From assembly GCA_002189035.1 (NCBI GenBank), contig NEEC01000359.1, positions 1-18,411 on the forward strand: a stretch of 18,411 nt of DNA. Direction: 5' to 3'. Below, one piece after another: positions 11,355 through 18,411 of the stretch (position 1 is the stretch's first letter; each line of letters begins with the position of its first letter). The translations under genes and the position numbers were made by a program. A model generated the notes under the pieces. That model worked only from the letters and a program-made list of their open reading frames with translations, was not told where the DNA came from and did no database searches. Source of the DNA: Utricularia gibba. Taxonomy: Eukaryota > Plantae > Magnoliophyta.

Positions 11355-11830
11355 AATAATATATACTTTTTAGATTTTAAAAATCAATTATTATATTTAT
11401 ATATTAGCTATGCTTGTGTTTAAAAACTATCAATTCGAATTTAAATATTATAAACTAAATTATATGAATTATTTATTTAGTTACAATATTTATTATTATA
11501 TTAATATCATTTCTTAATTTTTTTTAAATCTAGAATTATTTATCATTTTTTAAATTCTTTTATTTTTATATTTCATTGATTTTACTTTGATGTTTCTAGA
11601 CAATTAGGTTTGTACTTTTCAATGTGTCCTAAATAATTAGACACATACTTTACAATATACTTAAAGAGTAGTTCTTGGTTACCCATAACATCAGTTACCA
11701 CTTTGTATTTAAAATATTATTACTAATATTAAAATTCTAAAACTACTAAAATAAAATTTTATTTGTTTACAATTGACTGTTACAATTTTATTATTTAAAC
11801 AAATATTAATCTTTTTTTTTCATTACTAAT
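11355..11830. other. Very AT-rich low-complexity spacer adjoining the 535-bp array
   Basis: Long A/T runs, almost no CpG, no ORF, and no similarity to either satellite monomer seen by eye. Confidence 0.7.
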
Positions 11831-12300
11831 TGTCAATTGTTGACCACCATCCAATGCTAGTCACCCCACCACACTCACAATGTAATGACTCATTCGTATT
11901 GTCTAAAACAAGTATTTTTCACCATCGCAATGTATATTGATGTCACGTGAACTTTGGCCTATTCATCTTTTCACAAATGCATTCGGGCCACCCTTGGAAT
12001 GTTATGTCATATTTAAAAAACAATATAATTCAATATTTTGATATTTATAGTTGTCACCTGAATTTTGACATATTCACCATTTATAAAGAGAAAGGTGCTC
12101 TCCATCGGGATGTGTGCCATGATTGTGTGGCTCGTTGAGATTCCAAATACGATCATGAGATTTTTAACAAAGGAGGTTGGATTAATGTATTACAAAAGTT
12201 CATACATGCACGATCTACAGGAGCTTCCTAGTTATCCAACCCCTAGTAGTGTAATGACCAAAGCCAAGACAACCTCAAAATGTAGCTTTTTTCAACCGAT

Positions 12301-13229
12301 TGATGTCCAGTGACATCACTCAATTTTGGCATGCTCAATATTCATTCATAGGGGGGAGGGGCATGGGTGAGGTGCTCTCATAGGTGATAGGCCCCACCCT
12401 AGGGTGCCTTGCATCTCTAATGAAACACCATAAAGTTTTTCGATGTTGAGATATCTAGCATTGTCGCCTTCGTTTTGGCATATTCAACATATATATGTCA
12501 TGACATGAGGTGAAGTAGCCCAAGTTGGTCGAAACCTCCTTGTGTGGTGACAAATGTCAATTAGGAGGTTGGTGAAGGTATTGCTTGAGGAGGGGTGACA
12601 ACTAGTGTAGGTTGAGAGGTTTATTAGGAGTTGTGCAGAGCTAGCAAAAACTAGCTAAAGCTGGCGGGAGCTAGTGAGAAGTTTGTTGGCACTGACGGAA
12701 GTCGACACTCACGGGTAGTAGCTGGTGAGAGCTGGTGGGAATTGTTGGCCGCTTGGATGAGTATTGCATGTTGCATGACAGGACACATGGCATGGGTTGA
12801 GCAAGGCATGGGTAATGCATGTGATAGGAAGGTGGATTGTTTGAGCGAGTGTAATGGATGGGAGTTATGGTTAGGGGTGCGATTGTTCATGAAATGGCAC
12901 AACCACCTAAAATGGCACCAAGAAGTATAAAAGGAGAAGGAAGGGCATGCCAAGAGAGGAGGAGAACGACATGCTAAATTCATGCAGAATGTTCCATTTT
13001 GAAGGTTGATCGCACTAGAAGGGAATGGTAAAGAGTTATGGAAGTATACAATAGTGTAGACTTAGCTTTTGAGTCTTTCAAGATGAGGTTTGGATTGTAG
13101 CCAAGCACTCTGACGACAACCCTTAGGGGGTGTGAGTGTGTAGAGAAGCTTATGTGAGCCTTCAGGTAGAATGAAAAAGAGTCTCCTTGGTCAAAACCCT
13201 TATCAACATTCAATGTGCATTCTACATCA
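12301..13229 (+). repeat. Putative 5' LTR (~930 bp)
   Basis: The 3' end ...TCTACATCA (13229) directly precedes the PBS. TGATGT at 12301 is the reverse complement of the terminal ACATCA, matching the TGATG...CATCA termini typical of CRM LTRs. An alternative TGATGT start lies at 11938. No second LTR is available to confirm the start. Confidence 0.5.
12926..12932 (+). promoter_or_regulatory. TATA-box-like motif (TATAAAA) within the putative LTR
   Basis: AAGTATAAAAGGAG lies ~300 bp upstream of the LTR end, a position consistent with an LTR U3 promoter. Confidence 0.45.
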
Positions 13230-13232
13230 ATT

Positions 13233-13243
13233 TGGTACCAGAA
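13233..13243 (+). other. Primer-binding site, degenerate tRNA-iMet type
   Basis: CA-ATT-TGGTACCAGAA versus canonical TGGTATCAGAGC, located 3 nt after the LTR end and ~20 nt before the gag ATG. Confidence 0.75.
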
Positions 13244-13263
13244 GGAGGGCAAGGCTGTTGGCA

Positions 13264-14190
13264 ATGACAGGAAATAGTGGAAGAGGTTTTTCTCATCATG
13301 TGCATTCTAGAAATTGAGATTTTTACTTATTGGAGCAGCATTGTGATACTTTAGAAGCACAACTCAATCAAATGATCACGAACATGAAACAATTGGTATT
13401 GCAACAAGCTCGTATTCTAGTAGTCCCTCATTGGGTACCATCTTTGAGTGAATAAGAACACTTTTCATCTAGTAAATTTGAAGCCAAGAGAGATCATTGG
13501 TGGGGTATTCAATCTCACAGTATCAACAATGATGTGGATTGTCAATGGAAGAATAGTTTTAAAATTGAAATTCTTGAATTTTCTGGAACATTATAGAACG
13601 AGGAGTTTTTTGATTGGTTAGCCACTGTTGAAGAAGCCCTTAATTTTAAGAACATACCGAACAATCACATGATAGCCTTTGTTGCTACAAAATTTCAAGA
13701 ACCAGCTTCAAGATGGGCAAATGAAAACTACAAAGTTGAGAGAAGATTAAGAAGTCTCTCAAAAAGCAATTTCTTTTCTAAAATATCAAAGAATTTTATT
13801 TCAACAATCCCAGAGTTTAAGACAATGTCCGACGCTATGGAAGAGCATGTCAGAGATTTCTATCAATTAATTGCTCGAGTTGATCTTCAGGAGACCGACG
13901 ATCAACTTCTAGAGTGATACATTTCCAACCTTTCCCCTCTTATTTAAGATGTTCTGAATTTGTTTGATCCCTTGTTAATTGAAAAGCTTACCAATGTGTT
14001 TTAGTGGTAAAAATACGATGGAAAAAGGAGGACTCACATTCAAGCAGTCCTACCGTTAGTACTCCCTCACCAACCAAAGAACCATTTTCCTTTTCTATGG
14101 TAAATCCATCGGTGACCCATCCAATCGTAAATGAACTCCTAGTTTAAAGTGCTATACATGTCAGTTTGACCATAAACAAGTAGAGTGTAA
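13264..14190 (+). pseudogene. gag: Disrupted retrotransposon gag with zinc-knuckle remnant
   Basis: From ATG 13264: ...FKIEILEFSGTL*NEEFFDWLATVEEALNFKNIPNNHMIAFVATKFQEPASRW...EEHVRDFYQLIARVDLQETDDQLLE*YISNL. Knuckle CYTCQFDHKQVEC at 14150-14188. In-frame stops and frameshifts present. Confidence 0.85.
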
Positions 14191-14387
14191 GAAGTTTGGA
14201 AAACTAACTATGAAGGTTGAGAATGTTGAGGGATTTGAGGATGATGACGAGGATGTTCGCTTTTCCAATTTATTTGAAGAAGCTATTGAGGAAGAATTTG
14301 TGAGTGGCGATGTGGTGGTGGGTGAAGTGGCAACTTTGTTTAGCTTCAATTGCTTATAGTAACAACTTATAGTTGAAAAATAATATG

Positions 14388-14732
14388 GTTCAAATTACTT
14401 GTACAATAAAGAGAAAGATTTGTAGAGTAGTGATTGATTTCAAATTGGAAGATGCTGTTTCGAAATTGGCATTAGAGTGTGAGTTTCATACGAAGTCGTA
14501 CCATATTGCTTGGTTAGAAAAGCGAGAAGTTCTCAAGGTAGATAAGTGGACTCATGTTACATTCTCTATTGAAAAGGTCTTTAAGGATGAAATTTGGTGT
14601 GATATGATCAAGATGGATCTATGTCATTTACTCTTGAGCCGACCTTGGAAGTATGATCGCAATATAATGCTTACTGGGCAAGCAAATACTTATTCATTCT
14701 CATTTCGGGGCACCAAAGTGGTATTGTTACCA
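14388..14732 (+). pseudogene. Aspartic protease domain remnant (catalytic D-S/T-G motif lost)
   Basis: Within ORF 14373-14840: VQITCTIKRKICRVVID-FKLEDAVSKLAL...YHIAWLEK...DEIWCDMIKMDLCHLLLSRPWKYDR...ANTYSFSFRGTKVVLLP. Confidence 0.85.
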
Positions 14733-14953
14733 AACCGACCAAATTCAAATGACATTATTGTTTCTGTGAACTTGTTCCTTGGCAGGCAACTTATTGAGGA
14801 GATTGGAGGCTCTATAGCTGTGTTACTAATGACTAAGTAGTTGAAATCGCCACAAACAAAATATCCAGATGATACAAAAGAGATATTAGATACCTTTTTT
14901 AAGGTCTTCTCGACTAAACTCCTTGATGTTTATCCCTCTTGCATGATATTTAA

Positions 14954-15520
14954 CACCATATTGATCTTGTCTCAGGTTTATCTTTACCCAATAGAACCCA
15001 TTATCGTATGAGTCTTAGGGAACATCAAGAACTTCGAAAGCAAGTTAAAGTCTTGTTAAGGGCTACATTCGAGAAAGTTTGAGTCTATGTGTTATCTTTG
15101 CCATCTTGATATCCAGAAAGATGACACTTGGAGGATGTGTGTTGATATTCGAATTATCAACAAGATCACTATCAAATATCATTTTTTCTATTTTGACGTT
15201 AAATGATCTTTTGGACCAAATTCATGGAATCAAGGTTATTATACACACTAGGTTTAAAGAGTAGATATAATTGGATAAGAATCTGCCTGGGGACAAATAC
15301 AAGTACTTTCATGCGTGCAATGAATCAGCTATTTCTTCTTTTTATTGGTTGTTTCTAAATTGTTTATTTCGATGACATGCTAATCTTTAGTTGATAGTGA
15401 TTCTTTCAAACACCATGTTCAAGAGGTTCATAGAGTTCTCAAATAAGGATAGTTTTTTGGTTCTCCTCACAAGTGTATCTTCATTGTTCCCAAGGTGATA
15501 TTCTTAGGATATATCATTTA
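14954..15520 (+). pseudogene. Reverse transcriptase domain remnant
   Basis: HHIDLVSGLSLPNRTHYRMSLREHQELRKQV, WRMCVDIRIINKITIKY, LNDLLDQIHG, STFMRAMNQ, VYFDDMLIFS (YFDD at 15365-15376) and IFLGYII, spread over several frames with stops. Confidence 0.9.
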
Positions 15521-15790
15521 TGGTTATGCATTGAAAATGGTTCTCACAAAGGTGTGTGCATTCTAGGCATGACTATCACCCTCAACACTTATGAAAATTT
15601 GATGTTTTCATGATCTAGCATCTTTTCATTGATGGTTTTTTCCTCATTTTAGCTCTCTTATGGCGTCGATGACTGATTGCATAAAAGGAAGCTCCTTTAT
15701 TTGAACCATAGTAGTTGAAGATGCATTTCAATGACTAAAGAATATTCTTATGACACCTCATGTGCTCATCTTTCCAAACTTTCTCAATCA

Positions 15791-16139
15791 TTCGAGCTGC
15801 ACTGTGATGCATCAATGTCTGGAGTTGGCACTATCCCAAAGTCAGGCAGGCTGTTGAATTGCATATTTTAGTGAGAAGGTGGGCATCGAAAAGTCTAATT
15901 ACTCCACCTATGATCTAGAGTTGTTTTCGTTGGATCAAACTATCAAACATTGGTGACATTATTTGTTACAACAAGATTTCATCTTATGGACTGATCATGA
16001 TTCACTAAAGCATTTGAAGTCATAGGATAAGGTTTCACCTCATCATGTTAAGTGATTTTCGTACCTACAACAGTTTACGTGGTCTATCAAGCACAAGAAT
16101 GAGTGTCAAAATCGAGCAACTGATGCACTAAGTCGTAAA
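15791..16139 (+). pseudogene. RNase H domain remnant
   Basis: FELHCDAS, IAYFSEK, NYSTYDLEL, IKHW*HYL, WTDHDSLKHL, YLQQF and NRATDALSRK are recognisable gypsy RH motifs with stops. Confidence 0.88.
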
Positions 16140-16258
16140 CAATCTTGTTTGTTCATATTGAAGATAACTGTTGTTGGCTTCGAGATCCTAACATCTCTCA
16201 ATGCTATGGATCCTTACTCTCCTTTGTGATGGAAGGCCTAACCGGTGGATTTCCTACT

Positions 16259-16385
16259 GATTATACCTTGTTGAATGAGAATTTATTCAAGGGCTATCGA
16301 TTTTGTATACTAGACTCTAGCCTATGTCTTCATCTAATTCATGAGGTACATAGTGAGAGGCATGTAGGTTGATACCGTACACTAT
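16259..16385 (+). pseudogene. Integrase N-terminal (Zn-binding) fragment, truncated
   Basis: DYTLLNENLFKGYRFCILDSSLCLHLIHEVHSERHVG*YRTL matches the gypsy 'L(C/R)IP..SLR..II.E.H..GH.GRD(K/R)T' region. Similarity stops after this; no DDE core, PPT or 3' LTR seen. Confidence 0.75.
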
Positions 16386-17047
16386 TCTCACCATTGGCGC
16401 TCTCGTGTCAATTTCTAAGTTGATGTCCTGCTTATAAGTTTTCCATCTTTCATTGACACTGTCTTCTACACCATGTTTAATGAAAGTCACTACAGGTGAA
16501 AATCCTGATTATTTCACCATGTTTGATGAAGATTATTTTGGCATGTTGAGTTGAAGGTTCATATATCTAATGACAGGGAGCTACGTGGGATCCTGATGGG
16601 CGTATGCTACTCCTTTCATTCTTGGAATCGTGTACATTAGGTTCAATTCACTTTGCATCCAGACCGCCATCACTAGGTTTATCTCAATTTTTCTGAATGC
16701 CTATTTAATTGTAGTTCTGAGATATAATTTCTTCTAAGTTGAACAATAATGGCCTCTGTTATCATTGTGGGTTAACCTCGTCACCTCCTTTGCATGATTT
16801 CCCCGCCAACGCCCCCAAAACATCATTTTGATATGCAGTCATGGTTTCCATTTCAGATGCGCATCTGCTTCCGGTTGAGTTGCCAGAGATCAAAACCTTG
16901 ATTGGCAGGTAGGCAAACCCGATTTCAAGTGTCTGAGGATTTGTCCTCTTTCAGCGGACTGCATGTACTAGATTGATATGTTTGGAATACCTTATGTAGG
17001 TGTCTCTTTATGTTTTTATTGTTAATTCATTGGATCCTGGAATATTC

Positions 17048-18411
17048 TGGCTGCCTACATGGTTTCTCAAGGAAAAGCTTGTCGTTTTTGGGCTGGTGAT
17101 GTCGTTGTGAACTTCGTTCTGACCCAAGGTTCTCTGACTCCTTTGCCACATCGGGTCCTACTCGACGAAAATCGTGCTGCACTTATTGAAGTTAGGATGT
17201 CATAAGCACCCAAAATGGTTTTTCTCAACCGCATGCTTTATATCTGAGGAGGCGCTCTCGTGGGGCAACGGTATCGAGAAGGAGGTCGAGTCGAGCTCGG
17301 GCCCATAGTCATTTGTTGCTCGGCAAAAAACTTGATGCATTTCTTAACGTTGGGTTTTAATTGGCTGCCTACATGGTTTCTCAAGGAAAAGCTTGTCGTT
17401 TTTTGGCTGGTGATGTCGTTGTGAACTTCGTTCTGACCCAAGGTTCGGTCTGACTCCTTTGCCACTTCGGGTCCTACTCGACGAAAATCGTGCTGCACTT
17501 ATTGAAGTTAGGATGTCATGAGCACCCAAAATGGTTTTCTCAACCGCATGCTTTATATTTGATAAGGCGCTCTCGTAGGGCAACGGTATCGAGCAGGTGG
17601 TCGAGTCGAGCTCGGGCCCATAGTCATTTGTGGCTCGGCAAAAAACTTGATGCATTTCTTAACGTTGGGTTTTAATTGGCTGCCTACATGGTTTCTCAAG
17701 GAAAAGCTTGTCGTTTTTGGGCTGGTGATGTCGTTGTGAACTTCGTTCTGACCCAAGGTTCGGTCTGACTCCTTTGCCACTTCGGGTCCTACTCGACGAA
17801 AATCGTGCTGCACTTATTGAAGTTAGGATGTCATGAGCACCCAAAATGGTTTTCTCAACCGCATGCTTTATATTTGATAAGGCGCTCTCGTAGGGCAACG
17901 GTATCGAGCAGGTGGTCGAGTCGAGCTCGGGCCCATAGTCATTTGTGGCTCGGGCAAAAAACTTGATGCATTTCTTAACGTTGGGTTTTAATTGGCTGCC
18001 TACATGGTTTCTCAAGGAAAAGCTTGTCGTTTTTGGGCTGGTGATGTCGTTGTGAACTTCGTTCTGACCCAAGGTTCGGTCTGACTCCTTTGCCACATCG
18101 GGTCCTACTCGACGAAAATCGTGCTGCACTTATTGAAGTTAGGATGTCATAAGCACCCAAAATGGTTTTCTCAACCGCATGCTTTATATCTGAGGAGGCG
18201 CTCTCGTGGGGCAACGGTATCGAGAAGGAGGTCGAGTCGAGCTCGGGCCCATAGTCATTTGTTGCTCGGCAAAAAACTTGATGCATTTCTTAACGTTGGG
18301 TTTTAATTGGCTGCCTACATGGTTTCTCAAGGAAAAGCTTGTCGTTTTTTGGCTGGTGATGTCGTTGTGAACTTTCGTTCTGACCCAAGGTTCGGTCTGA
18401 CTCCTTTGCCA
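17048..18411. repeat. Tandem satellite array, ~315-bp unit (dimer of ~157-bp subunits), 4 complete copies + partial; truncated by right window edge
   Basis: TGGCTGCCTACATGG recurs at 17048, 17362, 17677, 17993 and 18308 (periods 314, 315, 316, 315). The monomer differs from the 535-bp repeat. Confidence 0.98.

Larger units (their letters stand above)
12301..16385 (+). mobile_element. Decayed, 3'-truncated Ty3/gypsy chromovirus LTR retrotransposon, probably CRM clade
   Basis: Order is LTR end CTACATCA, PBS, gag, CCHC knuckle, protease, RT (YFDD), RNase H, integrase N-terminus (gypsy order). Motifs such as KIEILEFSGTL.NEEFFDWL, CTIKRKICRVVID, CHLLLSRPWKYDR and ANTYSFSFRGTKVVLLP resemble CRM-lineage polyproteins as I recall them. 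Many stops, frameshifts and deletions. The left boundary is tentative. Confidence 0.88.

Noticed and set aside
11769-11840. 9-bp inverted repeat ACAATTGAC/GTCAATTGT in the AT-rich spacer
   Set aside because: Short and expected by chance in AT-rich DNA; no other transposon hallmark.
11947-13264. Short ORFs in the spacer and LTR region (62-110 aa)
   Set aside because: No recognisable motifs; they overlap putative LTR or non-coding sequence.
16421-16428. TGATGTCC as the start of a 3' LTR (matches 12301-12308)
   Set aside because: Similarity ends after 8 bp, there is no preceding polypurine tract, and most of integrase is missing.
17238-18306. 61-156 aa ORFs in the 315-bp array
   Set aside because: Repeat-derived and frame-switching between copies; no domain recognised.

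Overview
Plant-type (eukaryotic) heterochromatic DNA with no intact protein-coding gene. 1-11354 is a very homogeneous tandem array of a ~535-bp monomer (21 full copies plus a 130-bp partial copy; it continues off the left edge). 11355-~12300 is an AT-rich, unassigned spacer. ~12301-16385 is a decayed Ty3/gypsy LTR retrotransposon on the + strand with CRM (centromeric retrotransposon)-type gag and protease motifs: 5' LTR, PBS, gag, PR, RT and RH, broken off at the start of integrase, with no 3' LTR. 17048-18411 is a second, different tandem array with a ~315-bp unit that is a diverged dimer of ~157-bp subunits (it continues off the right edge). The most striking observation is that each 535-bp monomer carries, on the minus strand, a 118-119-nt segment that aligns end to end with plant 5S rRNA at only ~53% identity and is followed by a T6 run. 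The array may therefore be a satellite re-amplified from a dead 5S rDNA unit. All alignments were made by eye against recalled consensus sequences; no searches were run.
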